64,000 bases of DNA, from the IMG/VR virus record IMGVR_UViG_3300023174_000129, positions 1 through 64,000 of that record; one strand, 5' to 3'. Below the pieces are notes generated by a model. That model saw only the letters and a list, made by a program, of their open reading frames with translations, was not told the origin of the DNA and did not search any database. Position numbers and translations under genes: made by a program. The first letter of the stretch is position 1; every line of letters begins with the position of its first letter. Positions 1 through 10,906 of the stretch are shown here, piece after piece. This DNA comes from a virus.

Positions 1-1785
1 ACCGAAGTATATGCACAAATTGCTGGACAAAATGGTGCTACACCAGATGTTTTATTTAGAACAATGACTAATGATAATTATGTGCCAAATTCATCTTTTC
101 CTGTTTTACCATCACAATATCAACCAGAAATAGTTGGTGCTGAAATATATTCAAGTCCAATTGTAGTTAATCCACAAGATTATCCAGGTGGTTACTATGG
201 ACAATTTGATACTTCAGATTTTACATATACTACTTCAAATGGAGATTCGTTAAGAAGAAGCGGTGATTATTATGGTATTAGTGGCAATACAACTGCACCA
301 GTAGTTGATTCAAATAATCTTGACGGTATAACAATCGATTTTAATCCATCTCACTATGCCAAAATGAATATTTATGGTAGAGAAGTAACAAATTTTGAAC
401 AATTTAATGCTTTAATGGTAAATAATTTACCACCTTCAGATTTTAATTTTAATGCAATTCTTTGGTATTATACTTATGAAGATGTTAATGGCAATGCGGT
501 GCAAGATTTATATGGTATTTCATTTTTAAATAATCCAAATAATAGCGATGTTAATACTGGTTCATTATTTCCAATTGCTGAAAAATTAGTAGCAACAGAT
601 ACACAAGATGGAACCGCTTATGATTTTTCATTAGATTTAAATTTTAATATAGTAAATGAAAATCCACAAGATGCTTATAATCCAAATGCAGTTAATTCTT
701 TATATTCTTTTAATTTATTTAATCAAGCTATGCAAAATCTAGTTAGTTTAAATGATTCTTTCAAAAATATAATTTACGAAAATGCACAAATAAAAACTGC
801 TTTAAGTAATTTAACACAACAAATTTATACTCAACCTCAATTAAATACTATTCAACAACAAATTGCTAATCTTAATACTTTATTAAATTTATATAAATCA
901 AACCAAATTATAAGTTCTGATACTATTGAAGTATCAACATCACAAGTTGGTGGATTACCAATTATACAATTAAATTCAATTGATAGTAAATATAATGACG
1001 TTGAAACAATTTTAACATCAAATTTATATAATTCAGCAGGTATAATTCCTTATAATTATACTATACCAACTAATAAAGATTTTTTAATTTATATTTCAAA
1101 TAATGATCAAACATATTTTACTTTACCTAATAATGATGTGTTAAATGTAATAATAAATAGAGATTTAGATCCAAATCAAACTATGGATATAATTGTAAAT
1201 GCTGAAACCGTTGCTTCTGAAAATAAAAAATTAAATATTTTTATAAATTATTCTAATGTAAATAATGCACCAGTTTTAACTCCAATTGCTTCTAATTTAG
1301 ATCTTCCTGTTTATTATAACAAATCTAATCAATCAACAAATTCGTCTTATAATTGGGATGCATTTAAATTTAACATAGATACAACTATGCCAATAAGATT
1401 AAATACAGGTTCAGTATTAGAAATACCTATTGATTCAAACTATAATTTAGTATATAATTCATTTAAATCAGGCGATACTTTAATGTTAAACAATTTTACT
1501 ATTGGAACAACAAGCACTATTGATTTTTCTGGACAATATAAAGTATCAAGTGTTGGTTCAACTAATTCTTATATTTATTTAGACGTAAGCACAAATACAA
1601 CATTAGTTAGTTATGGAGCTTCTTCATCTTTACCACTTATTTTTAATAATAATTCTGGTTATTTATTAAATAATTTGCCATATTTTAGTTTAAATAAAGG
1701 ATATAAAATAAGTGTTACAAGAGTAGATGCAACAGATACTTCTGATTTTATAGATAGGTATTTAATTTCAACGGAAATATATTAA
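1..1785 (+). CDS. Putative virion structural protein, 5'-truncated by the window edge
   Basis: Frame is open from base 1 through the ATG at 64; N/S/T/Y-rich beta-type composition; first of a co-oriented cluster. Confidence 0.55.
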   Translation, partial: TEVYAQIAGQNGATPDVLFRTMTNDNYVPNSSFPVLPSQYQPEIVGAEIYSSPIVVNPQDYPGGYYGQFDTSDFTYTTSNGDSLRRSGDYYGISGNTTAPVVDSNNLDGITIDFNPSHYAKMNIYGREVTNFEQFNALMVNNLPPSDFNFNAILWYYTYEDVNGNAVQDLYGISFLNNPNNSDVNTGSLFPIAEKLVATDTQDGTAYDFSLDLNFNIVNENPQDAYNPNAVNSLYSFNLFNQAMQNLVSLNDSFKNIIYENAQIKTALSNLTQQIYTQPQLNTIQQQIANLNTLLNLYKSNQIISSDTIEVSTSQVGGLPIIQLNSIDSKYNDVETILTSNLYNSAGIIPYNYTIPTNKDFLIYISNNDQTYFTLPNNDVLNVIINRDLDPNQTMDIIVNAETVASENKKLNIFINYSNVNNAPVLTPIASNLDLPVYYNKSNQSTNSSYNWDAFKFNIDTTMPIRLNTGSVLEIPIDSNYNLVYNSFKSGDTLMLNNFTIGTTSTIDFSGQYKVSSVGSTNSYIYLDVSTNTTLVSYGASSSLPLIFNNNSGYLLNNLPYFSLNKGYKISVTRVDATDTSDFIDRYLISTEIY

Positions 1786-1800
1786 TATGTTTGAGATTTT

Positions 1801-1809
1801 TAATATATA
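1801..1809 (+). promoter_or_regulatory. Putative late promoter TAATATATA (representative copy)
   Basis: Same 9-mer lies shortly upstream of many starts (+: 7269, 23538, 26089, 33892, 36856, 51131, 61932; -: 5011-5019, 46171-46179); reminiscent of T4 late TATAAATA. Confidence 0.6.
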
Positions 1810-1824
1810 AAAATAAAACATATT

Positions 1825-3009
1825 ATGAGTTGTCAAATAGGAGTAAATTCTTTTTTTGGTGCTAATAACTATATTAAATTTCTAAATGGTGATTTAGCTG
1901 CAATTGAAGGCCCTAATACATTAGAAAGATTAATAGCTAGCGATATAAGAATACCATATGCACAAGTTTTAAAAGGAAGAATTCAATTAAAAGCTGGTCA
2001 AACTAATTATTTAATGAATCATCTTGGATTAGGTGATAATGCAACTTTTTTATGTATTATTGCTCGTTATGATTCAAAATCTGTTAACGAAGAAGATAAT
2101 TATTTAGAATGGTATTATTATGATGATCCAGGAACAATTCACTATATGGATCAAATAATGATTTTAACCGGAAACTCAACACATAGAATACCTCAATTAT
2201 ATTTTACAAATCCTAATGCAAACTATAATGTTCAATTAGATGTTATGGTAGCTGTAATTGATGACACATATACATTCTTTACCGATAGAACTAATCAAAG
2301 TGGCTTATCATTTTATGATTTGGAATGTAACGCAACAGTTAATTGTATTAATACATTTGTTACAAATGAATCAATGGTTATATATGATACAAATACGCCT
2401 AGAAAAGCTTTAGTTTATATTACAAATGTTGATATTACATCTATAAATATAAGTAGTGATTTATTAATTATAGATTCACAAACTATGGGTAAAATATTTT
2501 TACAATTTATATCGGTTGCTGATGCAAAACAAGCTTATTCACTTATAAATTATATACTACAAAATACAGATGTTGTTGTCAATAGTGTTAATATGGATAC
2601 AACACCACCAGTTGCTTATTTTTATAGTCATGTTAATAATAATTCTTCAAAGGCTTATATTACACAAGGTGGATTAACAGCTGGTGTGCCATATAATACA
2701 GGCACAAGTAGTTCAAGTGGTTTAACTTTCTCTACAAACTTCTCATTATCTGAATTTGGTAATTTAGTTTATGGATCTTATACATTAACTAAATCAGATT
2801 TATATGATATTTTAATAAGTGGTGTAGCAGATAATCGTGATGGTTCAATGACTTTAGATGATGCTGATTTAGTATTAGAAGATTATAATTGTAATGTATT
2901 ATCTTCAATTGAAACAACTGGAACTTATAGTTTATATTTCAATGTGAGTGATTTTGCAGGAAATTCTATAAACGCAAACACTTATATTTTATTAAGTGTA
3001 ACAACATAA
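1825..3009 (+). CDS. Putative virion structural protein
   Basis: 394 aa, S/T/N-rich, Ig-like-looking C-terminus (YSLYFNVSDFAGN), TAATATATA upstream. Confidence 0.5.
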   Translation: MSCQIGVNSFFGANNYIKFLNGDLAAIEGPNTLERLIASDIRIPYAQVLKGRIQLKAGQTNYLMNHLGLGDNATFLCIIARYDSKSVNEEDNYLEWYYYDDPGTIHYMDQIMILTGNSTHRIPQLYFTNPNANYNVQLDVMVAVIDDTYTFFTDRTNQSGLSFYDLECNATVNCINTFVTNESMVIYDTNTPRKALVYITNVDITSINISSDLLIIDSQTMGKIFLQFISVADAKQAYSLINYILQNTDVVVNSVNMDTTPPVAYFYSHVNNNSSKAYITQGGLTAGVPYNTGTSSSSGLTFSTNFSLSEFGNLVYGSYTLTKSDLYDILISGVADNRDGSMTLDDADLVLEDYNCNVLSSIETTGTYSLYFNVSDFAGNSINANTYILLSVTT

Positions 3010-3024
3010 AAAATAGTAAAATAA

Positions 3025-3654
3025 ATGGCTAATTTTAATTATTTAGATTTTTTCAAAACTCCAGGTGATAATGATGCAAAATTATTTATTAAAGATATAA
3101 ATAATAATGTAGTATGGACTCTTTCGCCTTTTAAAATACAATCATCAATCATTCAAAACAATAATATAAGAATCAATTTTAAAAATGGTGATTTTGTTTT
3201 AATAGATTTTAATAATGTTTACGAATCTAAATATGCTTTAACTACTTTACAAACCGCTATACAAACTTTAATAAATAAAGAACCAATTGATATAGATAAA
3301 GATGTAAAAACATATATTGATAATAAATTTCCATATAAATTATATACAGCTTTATTAACTCAATCTGGAACTGCATCTCCGACAGCATCCGTTTTATATA
3401 ATACATTAGGAAACATGACTTTTAGTTATTATAGCACTGGGAGATTTAAATGCGTAAGCGATTCGTTATTTAAAACAGGTAAAACATTTATAATATTGGG
3501 TAACGCAACTAATACAACATACACAAATAATAATGATAATTTTGCGGGTGTTATAGAAATAACAGATCAAAGTAATTTTTATATAAGAGATATTAGAACT
3601 TTTGCAAATGGTAAAATGTATAACACTCCAATAGAAATAAGAGTTTATAATTAA
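3025..3654 (+). CDS. Hypothetical protein, possibly tail-associated
   Basis: 209 aa; C-terminal beta-rich module (YKLYTALLTQSGT...PIEIRVY). Confidence 0.45.
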   Translation: MANFNYLDFFKTPGDNDAKLFIKDINNNVVWTLSPFKIQSSIIQNNNIRINFKNGDFVLIDFNNVYESKYALTTLQTAIQTLINKEPIDIDKDVKTYIDNKFPYKLYTALLTQSGTASPTASVLYNTLGNMTFSYYSTGRFKCVSDSLFKTGKTFIILGNATNTTYTNNNDNFAGVIEITDQSNFYIRDIRTFANGKMYNTPIEIRVYN

Positions 3655-3657
3655 TTT

Positions 3658-4617
3658 ATGAAAACATATTTAGAATTTATAAGAGAAAATATAGAAAATA
3701 TAGAAAATAAACATCATTCACTTGGTGAATGGGTTGAAGATTTAGCAATTCGTAATAAAGAAATTTTAGAATTAATAAAACCTTATTTAGAAGAAACAAA
3801 TCCTACTGTTAGAATTTCTAACACAATTAATGTTTTGGATAAACCTGCTAAATCTTCTATTTATAAAATTGTTACAGATTATTTAAATAAAACTGGAAGA
3901 GAAACTAGTATCAGAACTTTTGTTGATTTAACCAAAGAATCAAAATTATTTGAATCAGAAGCATCTGAATTAAAAGCTGGTAAAAATACATTTTCTACAT
4001 TTTTAAAAGTAATTACTTCACTTGGATTAAAAGATACACCTGCTAATTGGACTAATATACCAGACGATTTTATTTTATATTTTGAATATGCAGTTAATTA
4101 TCAAGATATATCTGGACGAATGATGCGATTTCCTTCACTAAGTAAATTTGTTAATAAAATTCCGCAAGACCCAAAATTATTTTTTGGAATTAAAACAGAT
4201 TTAACTTTTCATTTTGGTTTCAAAGATGGTAAAATTATATCAATAGGCTCATTTAAAGTAAATAAAGCAGCACTTAATTCATTACAATTATTAGATTCAC
4301 CTTCAGCGGCTCATTTAAAAAGAGAATTAGCATATTTATCAGTAGATAAAATTAAATATATGGTATATATTTATAATCATATGAAATCTTTTAATCCAGG
4401 AAATACCGATAATAAAAGTTACAAAATAATTGATGGCTTAATGGAATTTGGGTATCAAGGATTAGGATCCTGGACAGAAGGGCAAATGACTAATTTTGAT
4501 GAAATTAAATTAAAATTTAGAGAATTTTTACAAAAATTAAAAGGACATGAAAATCTTAAAATGGCAGTAAGAATAGAAAATAATTTTTGGATTTATTGCA
4601 CTATAATGATAAAATAA
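3658..4617 (+). CDS. Hypothetical protein with capsid-targeting-like N-terminus
   Basis: Starts MKTYLEFIRE, 8/10 identical to T4 IPII/IPIII targeting peptide MKTYQEFIAE. Confidence 0.6.
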   Translation: MKTYLEFIRENIENIENKHHSLGEWVEDLAIRNKEILELIKPYLEETNPTVRISNTINVLDKPAKSSIYKIVTDYLNKTGRETSIRTFVDLTKESKLFESEASELKAGKNTFSTFLKVITSLGLKDTPANWTNIPDDFILYFEYAVNYQDISGRMMRFPSLSKFVNKIPQDPKLFFGIKTDLTFHFGFKDGKIISIGSFKVNKAALNSLQLLDSPSAAHLKRELAYLSVDKIKYMVYIYNHMKSFNPGNTDNKSYKIIDGLMEFGYQGLGSWTEGQMTNFDEIKLKFREFLQKLKGHENLKMAVRIENNFWIYCTIMIK

Positions 4618-4641
4618 AAAAGAGCCTAATGGCTCTTTTTT
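4616..4641. terminator. Bidirectional intrinsic terminator
   Basis: aaaaagagcc-taat-ggctcttttt between convergent genes. Confidence 0.75.
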
Positions 4642-5005
4642 ATTTATTTAACATTTTTTCAATCAATTCTTTAGATTCGGATAAAATTTCTATTGGCAGT
4701 AAAGATATTTTTTCAGCATCTTCATGTTTTAAATTAAATGGTTTATCTAACTTAATTTTTTGCCCATTTTCAGCCTTAAATACTAAATAATAATCATTAT
4801 CAGTAAATTTTATATCATCTAAAATAATCTCATATTCAGATTCTTTATCTTTAAATTTTAAAGCGGTTCCCTTGGGAAATTCTTCAAAAAATTTAATTTT
4901 AAAATCAGCATTAGAAGCATTCCTTTTTTGTGCTTCTTTTTTTGATTGAACTTGACCAAATTTAGTGCTCCAATCAACCTGTTCATATGCCATTAAATAC
5001 TTCAT
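4640..5005 (-). CDS. Hypothetical protein, MKYL-tag family
   Basis: Starts MKYLMAYEQ; TAATATATA at 5011-5019. Confidence 0.6.
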   Translation of the reverse strand: MKYLMAYEQVDWSTKFGQVQSKKEAQKRNASNADFKIKFFEEFPKGTALKFKDKESEYEIILDDIKFTDNDYYLVFKAENGQKIKLDKPFNLKHEDAEKISLLPIEILSESKELIEKMLNK

Positions 5006-5076
5006 AAAAGTATATATTAAAATTATATAAACAAAAATAAAATGTTTTTTAATTTTTTATTCTTAAAAAATTTTCT

Positions 5077-5084
5077 TAAATTTG
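5077..5084 (+). promoter_or_regulatory. Bacteroidota-type -7 promoter box (TAnnTTTG)
   Basis: TAAATTTG upstream of clpP; same box at 42559 and 43929 (+) and 16740, 26050, 49071, 51037, 59341 (-). Confidence 0.6.
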
Positions 5085-5109
5085 TAAAAGTTTAAAACAA
5101 TCATAAAAT

Positions 5110-5796
5110 ATGAATGAATTTGAAAAATATGCCGTAAAACATCTCGGTATCAACTCGCTTACACTACATGATTATCAAAATCACACTAATGATATTATGG
5201 GTAGTGTTTATGGTATGACACCATACATCATTGAAGAAAGAAAAATGAATGTGGCTTCAATGGATGTCTTTTCCCGTCTTATGATGGATAGAATTATTTT
5301 CCTCGGAACAGGTATTAATGATCAAGTAGCAAATATTGTTACAGGACAACTTCTTTTCCTACAATCAGCAGACGAAAAAAGAGATATTCAAATATATCTT
5401 AATTCACCAGGTGGTTCAGTTTATGCTGGTCTTGGCATATATGATACAATGCAATTAGTTACACCAGATGTTGCTACAATTTGCACTGGCATGGCTGCTT
5501 CAATGGGTGCTGTTCTAATGTGTGCAGGCGCTCCTGGTAAAAGATCTGCCTTAAAACACTCAAGGGTGATGATTCACCAACCACTTGGAGGTGCACACGG
5601 ACAAGCTTCTGATATGGAAATTACGGTTAAAGAAATTAAGAAATTAAAAACCGAATTATACAATATAATTGCTTCGCATTCAGGACAATCTTTCGAAAAG
5701 GTTGAAAAAGATTCTGATAGAGATTATTGGATGACAGCTGAAGAAGCCAAAGAATACGGTATGGTTGATGAAGTTTTAATTAAAACTAAAAAATAA
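5110..5796 (+). CDS. clpP: ATP-dependent Clp protease proteolytic subunit
   Basis: DVFSRLMMDRIIFLG, YLNSPGGSV, GMAASMG (Ser), MIHQP (His), DRDYWM (Asp). Confidence 0.97.
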   Translation: MNEFEKYAVKHLGINSLTLHDYQNHTNDIMGSVYGMTPYIIEERKMNVASMDVFSRLMMDRIIFLGTGINDQVANIVTGQLLFLQSADEKRDIQIYLNSPGGSVYAGLGIYDTMQLVTPDVATICTGMAASMGAVLMCAGAPGKRSALKHSRVMIHQPLGGAHGQASDMEITVKEIKKLKTELYNIIASHSGQSFEKVEKDSDRDYWMTAEEAKEYGMVDEVLIKTKK

Positions 5797-5811
5797 CAAA
5801 CCTCTTTTTAC

Positions 5812-5841
5812 AAAAAAGTCGCTCATTTGAGCGACTTTTTT
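5812..5841. terminator. Bidirectional intrinsic terminator
   Basis: aaaaaagtcgctca-tt-tgagcgactttttt. Confidence 0.8.
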
Positions 5842-6316
5842 ATTTTAAGTTCTTAAGTTTATAAAGAGTGCGATAGGTCAAACCAACCATTTCATCAATT
5901 ATATTTTGCAAATGAGAATCTTCTTGTAAAAATGCTTTATACCTTGTTTGTTTAATAAATTCGGCTAATTCTGTAAAATATTGAATTTTATCAAGTGTTT
6001 TTGTTCCGTCTGTATTAATAACATCATAATGTTCAATAATACTATATTGTCCTTGATATGTCTCGATTAACTCATCAATGAAATCAAGAATACCATTATA
6101 ATACTCATCTAATGCTTTATGTCCAGCATAAGAACCTTCACCTGTTATTTGAAGATGATAAACATGTGCCATCTCTCTAGATTCAAATAATTTAGATACA
6201 AATTTTGCAGGTTCTGATTGTGTTATTTGTGGTTGTTGAGGTAGATTTGCAGGAATAATTGCTTCTACATCTTCTTTTATAAGTCTTTCAATTTTAAAAG
6301 TAGTAAATTTTTTCAT
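5840..6316 (-). CDS. Ferritin/Dps-like four-helix-bundle protein
   Basis: AHVYHLQ...SYAGHKALDEYY...DELIETYQG pattern; N-terminus MKKFTTFKIE. Confidence 0.7.
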   Translation of the reverse strand: MKKFTTFKIERLIKEDVEAIIPANLPQQPQITQSEPAKFVSKLFESREMAHVYHLQITGEGSYAGHKALDEYYNGILDFIDELIETYQGQYSIIEHYDVINTDGTKTLDKIQYFTELAEFIKQTRYKAFLQEDSHLQNIIDEMVGLTYRTLYKLKNLK

Positions 6317-6319
6317 AGG

Positions 6320-6511
6320 TTATTTGTTTTTTAAATATTTTTTAATAAGCTCACCTTCAAATCCTTTAACTCTAGCTTGATGATAAAATTCATACAAATC
6401 ATATTCATCACTTTTTTTATCATTATTAAATTCAATCCAAAAATTTTCTAATTCTTGCAAAGGTGTTAATTTATTTTCTTCTTTTTCTACAATAAAAGTA
6501 AACTTATTCAT
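6320..6511 (-). CDS. Small hypothetical protein
   Basis: 63 aa, starts MNKFTFIVE, TAATATATA upstream. Confidence 0.55.
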   Translation of the reverse strand: MNKFTFIVEKEENKLTPLQELENFWIEFNNDKKSDEYDLYEFYHQARVKGFEGELIKKYLKNK

Positions 6512-6529
6512 ATTTCTATATATTAATTT

Positions 6530-6934
6530 TTAATCGGCAATTCTAATTTGATTTGTATTAAAAACAAATCCATCATAATTATATTCATCATCTCTTAAAA
6601 TAACGCCATCATAGCCCATATTTTCAAGTTGCCCTAGTGTGTATTTTTCGTATTCATGCCATCCTGCAGGATTTTTCATTGAAATATATAATTTTTTTAT
6701 ATACTTATTACCAGCAGCTCCAACTTCACCTCGCTCAACAGCTTCTTTATTTGTTGAAAACCAAATAATACCACCCATTGAACTATATTTGGAACTAAAT
6801 CTACTAAACTTTTTATCTGTTCCATGATAAACAATTCTTGGTGTTCCGTCTAAATTAACAACTTTACTATCACCAAACCATTTTTTAAATTTTAAAGTTT
6901 GTGTTTTATTTTCAAATGTTTTTAACCATTGCAT
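6530..6934 (-). CDS. ADP-ribosyltransferase-like protein (polyvalent-protein ART type)
   Basis: FKKWFGDSKVV...PRIVYHGT...GIIWFS...GYDGVI; tagged N-terminus MQWLKTFEN. Confidence 0.65.
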   Translation of the reverse strand: MQWLKTFENKTQTLKFKKWFGDSKVVNLDGTPRIVYHGTDKKFSRFSSKYSSMGGIIWFSTNKEAVERGEVGAAGNKYIKKLYISMKNPAGWHEYEKYTLGQLENMGYDGVILRDDEYNYDGFVFNTNQIRIAD

Positions 6935-6935
6935 A

Positions 6936-7244
6936 TTACCCTAAATATTTTTCTCCTTCGTTAGTATAATCTTCTAATTTACCAGAAATTAATGACAATA
7001 ATTTTTTTGACTCATCAATTTTATCTAAAAATGTTTTTAAATTAACATAAGCATCATCTATTTGATTATTAGTTGCTTTTTTAGAAGTAAATGGTTCTAT
7101 TTCTTTATATAATTTATTATATTTTTCCAACATTTCATCAATTTGAGTTGAAGATAAAACAATTTGTTTAGTAATTTCCTCAATTTTATCAGATGATAAA
7201 ATTTTTGGTTCATCTGCTTCATTAAATTTTAATAAATACTTCAT
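6936..7244 (-). CDS. Hypothetical coiled-coil protein, MKYL-tag family
   Basis: Likely start MKYLLKFNE at 7244, directly after TAATATATA. Confidence 0.55.
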   Translation of the reverse strand: MKYLLKFNEADEPKILSSDKIEEITKQIVLSSTQIDEMLEKYNKLYKEIEPFTSKKATNNQIDDAYVNLKTFLDKIDESKKLLSLISGKLEDYTNEGEKYLG

Positions 7245-7282
7245 AAAGTATATATTATATTCCAAATTTAATATATAAATAT

Positions 7283-7981
7283 ATGAAATTCATAAAACCA
7301 TATAATCATAATTTAATTCGTGAATTTAGTGAATTTAATTTACAAAGATTTAATAGTGACAATACCGATGTATCAATCGGTTTAGCACCTGATAATTCTT
7401 TAAGCGTTAATGCTTTTGATAGACAACAAGACAATATCCGTAGCGGCGTTTCAAGATTAAATACCATCATGCGTTCTTTATCAAATTCAGCTGCCTATCG
7501 TTCATTAAAAGGTTCGTTATCATTAGATGATCAATATCCAAAAGCATTAAATATATTAAGAATTAATCCTGCTAATGCTGATTATGATGTATATCTAACT
7601 TTTAAGATAAATGATAAAGAATATAATGGTGTAATATATAAAATACTAAGTCAAAAACCTCAATTTAATTCACCTGATGTATTTAAAGACAATAGTTTAA
7701 CTCAATCTCCTGAATGGCAAATAAGATTAAAAGGTTTACTCATTAATAGTTTTAAGAAATTCTTAAATATAGAACCTGGGTTATATAAAGCATTGAAAGA
7801 TAAAATTTATGCTTTTAACACTAAAACTGGAAAAGAATTAGAAATAAGAAAAGATGATCAAATTGAAGTTTTAGAAACTATACCTAATGAAAATAGAATT
7901 ATTATAAGATATAATACAGATATTTATAATCTTCGCAACGATTCTTTTGTTTATTTTAATTATTGGTTTAATAATTTATAA
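7283..7981 (+). CDS. Hypothetical protein
   Basis: 232 aa, starts MKFIKPYN, TAATATATA at 7269. Confidence 0.6.
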   Translation: MKFIKPYNHNLIREFSEFNLQRFNSDNTDVSIGLAPDNSLSVNAFDRQQDNIRSGVSRLNTIMRSLSNSAAYRSLKGSLSLDDQYPKALNILRINPANADYDVYLTFKINDKEYNGVIYKILSQKPQFNSPDVFKDNSLTQSPEWQIRLKGLLINSFKKFLNIEPGLYKALKDKIYAFNTKTGKELEIRKDDQIEVLETIPNENRIIIRYNTDIYNLRNDSFVYFNYWFNNL

Positions 7982-9295
7982 TTTAGTATAGAATCCTTCT
8001 ATATAAATATCAAATGTATATGGATTACCAGTGACATTTGAACCTGTTGCTATCAATAAAACAACTTCTTGATTCTGTGAAAGCGGTCTATATATATAAG
8101 AACTTGATAATGTTGTAAAATCAAATATATTAGCGTTAAATTGTTTTGAAAAATTCACACCCGATATAAAACTATTATATGAGCTACTTGTTATAGAAGA
8201 ATAAGTTAAACCTATATTTATATACGGACTGCTCCATGTGCTTGCCCAAGCTGGTGTAGTATTACTTTGTATTATGCTAGTTATGATAAAATCGCCATAA
8301 CTAGAGCTTGGACCTTCTACTCTGAAAAGTGAATAAGTTGTACCAGCAGTTATTCCAAATAAATTGGTCTTTTGATACATAGTATATTTTTTCATAGCAA
8401 ATATACCACCACCATCTGGTATAGAATATGTATAATTTGCTGAAAGAGTTGCGGAAACAATTGAAGCAGCATAAGAACTTCTTTGATCCGCTAATTTTAA
8501 AATACCATTGGCATCTAAACCAGCTGTAAATGTCACACCTTTATATAAAGAAATCGAATTAGAACTTATAATATTAGAATAAGATACACCAGAAATAACA
8601 TTATAAATTATAATAGGATTTGAAGATGTATTACCATTTGTGACAATATTTCCAAATGATACATCTGTTGTTAAAGCTAATGTTCCAATTTTATTTGGTA
8701 AATAATAAGTTCTATCAGAAGTTAAATAACTAGGTGATATAGTTGCTGAATAGGTTGGGCTATAAATTACAATACCATTTCCACTAGAAGCACAACCAGA
8801 TAAAATACTAAATTTTCTACTACCATTTACACCAAATCCTATATCATTATAACCAGAATAATTAAACGACATATAGGAATAATTAGAATCATAATTATTA
8901 GAAAATTTTTGTATTAACTCGACACCCGACCAATTATCATTTGCTGTATGTCTATTAAAATAAGTAGAAAAATTAACTATTTTTGAGGCCGAAGCTGTTA
9001 AAACAAAATAATATGACTGACTACCAACAAAATTGCCAATACTACCTGTATCAATATAAGTATTCCCAACTAAACTACCGCTACCACCATAAATACCTTT
9101 TTTAAGACTTAAATCAGACCAACTATTTCCGCTTAAATTATACGTCCACATTGTGCGAGTATCGGTTGTGAAAACTTGCATACCATCATATTTATATAAT
9201 ATAGCATCACGAGCCGCACTACTAGTAACAACCATTCTAGAATCAATTGGAGAGTTTGTGTTTATTACAAAATTACTTATTAAAGATGTAGGCAT
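7976..9295 (-). CDS. Putative tail/baseplate fibre-like virion protein
   Basis: 439 aa, S/T/G-rich; LPNKIGTLALTTDV segment typical of fibre proteins. Confidence 0.5.
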   Translation of the reverse strand: MPTSLISNFVINTNSPIDSRMVVTSSAARDAILYKYDGMQVFTTDTRTMWTYNLSGNSWSDLSLKKGIYGGSGSLVGNTYIDTGSIGNFVGSQSYYFVLTASASKIVNFSTYFNRHTANDNWSGVELIQKFSNNYDSNYSYMSFNYSGYNDIGFGVNGSRKFSILSGCASSGNGIVIYSPTYSATISPSYLTSDRTYYLPNKIGTLALTTDVSFGNIVTNGNTSSNPIIIYNVISGVSYSNIISSNSISLYKGVTFTAGLDANGILKLADQRSSYAASIVSATLSANYTYSIPDGGGIFAMKKYTMYQKTNLFGITAGTTYSLFRVEGPSSSYGDFIITSIIQSNTTPAWASTWSSPYINIGLTYSSITSSSYNSFISGVNFSKQFNANIFDFTTLSSSYIYRPLSQNQEVVLLIATGSNVTGNPYTFDIYIEGFYTKL

Positions 9296-9313
9296 TTTTA
9301 TTATATTTTATTT

Positions 9314-10867
9314 TTAAAAGGCACAAACATATTGTGCAGCATATGTTGTTGGTGTTCCCACAGTTGTAATAGAAGGATAACCAAGTGGTGAATATATGTA
9401 ACAATTATATAAAACACCTGACCAATTTGTTGATGATAATGTTATTGTAAATGGTGTTCCATTTCCTCTAAATACTGATTTTTCATTAAATAATGATTGA
9501 GTAGCATAAAAAGCAGACATACTACCAGTAGGATCATAAGAAGAAGGAACTAAATAATATAAACAAACACCATTACCATTGAAACCAACAGTTTGATTAG
9601 GATTTTTAGAAAGTATTTTACTAAAAGATGGTAATAAATTTATAATATCAGACTGTGTAGCAGATGCTGTAGCAGAAGTTCCATAAAAAATTGGATAAAT
9701 AAATTCTACAGAACAATTACTTGAATATGAAGCGCCAAATGAATCAGAAATTGATAATGTAAATGTTTGTATTTTTGGTGAATTAAATATTGCTGAATAT
9801 GTACCAGACCCATTATAAATAGAATAAGCTGAACTATTTAAATAAGTTATAGCTGCTGAAGCAGAAGCAGCGGAAATTATACTAGGTATACTATTTATTG
9901 AACTAACCGTATATGTATTTGAATATTTATTTATTGTATAATTCAAATTAACCACAGACATTGTAATAGAAGAAATCTCATAATATGGTTGAACAGAAGT
10001 TATACTTACTGATGGATTTACATAAGGATAAAACATTTGATTCAATATATCTACGACAGCCAATCCAGATAAATTAGAACCGGTAGCAATACCACCAACA
10101 GCAATAGTTGTCGGTATAGGATTGCTAAAATTATAATTTTTACCATTTATAATTAAAGGATTTGCAGTTATGTTAAATGCACTAGAAGTATTAATAGAAG
10201 TTATAGTTGGTGTTTGCCAAGTAGCATATTTATTAGAACCAATTGTCTTAAATGTTAAAACTTTACCATCAGTTGTAGCTGCTGTATCTGTCGTTGTAGG
10301 AAAAATAACATCATTTAACAAGATATTTCCCTTTGTAGAACGAATTGATATATTACCACCAAAGGTAGTTAAACCATATACTATAGTTGAATTATTATTT
10401 ATATTAAAATCTAAAACATCACCATAATATGTGCTTATTTTTTTAACTTCAATCGTAGGAATAGATAATGTTGTACCATAAAATAAACTATTACTTGCAC
10501 CAGCTAAAAATCCAATTTTTAAATTTTGATTTGTTAAATCTGCATCTGTTTTTGTATTATATAAAAATATATCTACATCAGTGCTTAATAAGTTAGTATT
10601 TAAAACATTACTATTTGAAACTTGTTTTTTACCAAGAAATATTTTTTCATATAAATCAGTCCTGTCTAAACCAATATATTCAATACCAGATACACTGGTT
10701 GGTTTAATTACAATATTTTCCCAAGAAGTATAAATAGCATCTCTTAAATCATGTGGATTGATTAATTTTTGGGTATTATCTGGCAATTCATTTAATACCG
10801 TATTAATATCAGCTAATTTAAATGCTTCGGTTATAGTACCAGGATTTATTGAATATGTTGACGACAT
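9314..10867 (-). CDS. Putative virion structural protein
   Basis: 517 aa, S/T-rich beta-type composition; TAATATATA upstream. Confidence 0.5.
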   Translation of the reverse strand: MSSTYSINPGTITEAFKLADINTVLNELPDNTQKLINPHDLRDAIYTSWENIVIKPTSVSGIEYIGLDRTDLYEKIFLGKKQVSNSNVLNTNLLSTDVDIFLYNTKTDADLTNQNLKIGFLAGASNSLFYGTTLSIPTIEVKKISTYYGDVLDFNINNNSTIVYGLTTFGGNISIRSTKGNILLNDVIFPTTTDTAATTDGKVLTFKTIGSNKYATWQTPTITSINTSSAFNITANPLIINGKNYNFSNPIPTTIAVGGIATGSNLSGLAVVDILNQMFYPYVNPSVSITSVQPYYEISSITMSVVNLNYTINKYSNTYTVSSINSIPSIISAASASAAITYLNSSAYSIYNGSGTYSAIFNSPKIQTFTLSISDSFGASYSSNCSVEFIYPIFYGTSATASATQSDIINLLPSFSKILSKNPNQTVGFNGNGVCLYYLVPSSYDPTGSMSAFYATQSLFNEKSVFRGNGTPFTITLSSTNWSGVLYNCYIYSPLGYPSITTVGTPTTYAAQYVCAF

Positions 10868-10906
10868 TTTTAATACTAATTTATTTCTTTATATATTAAA
10901 TCTTTA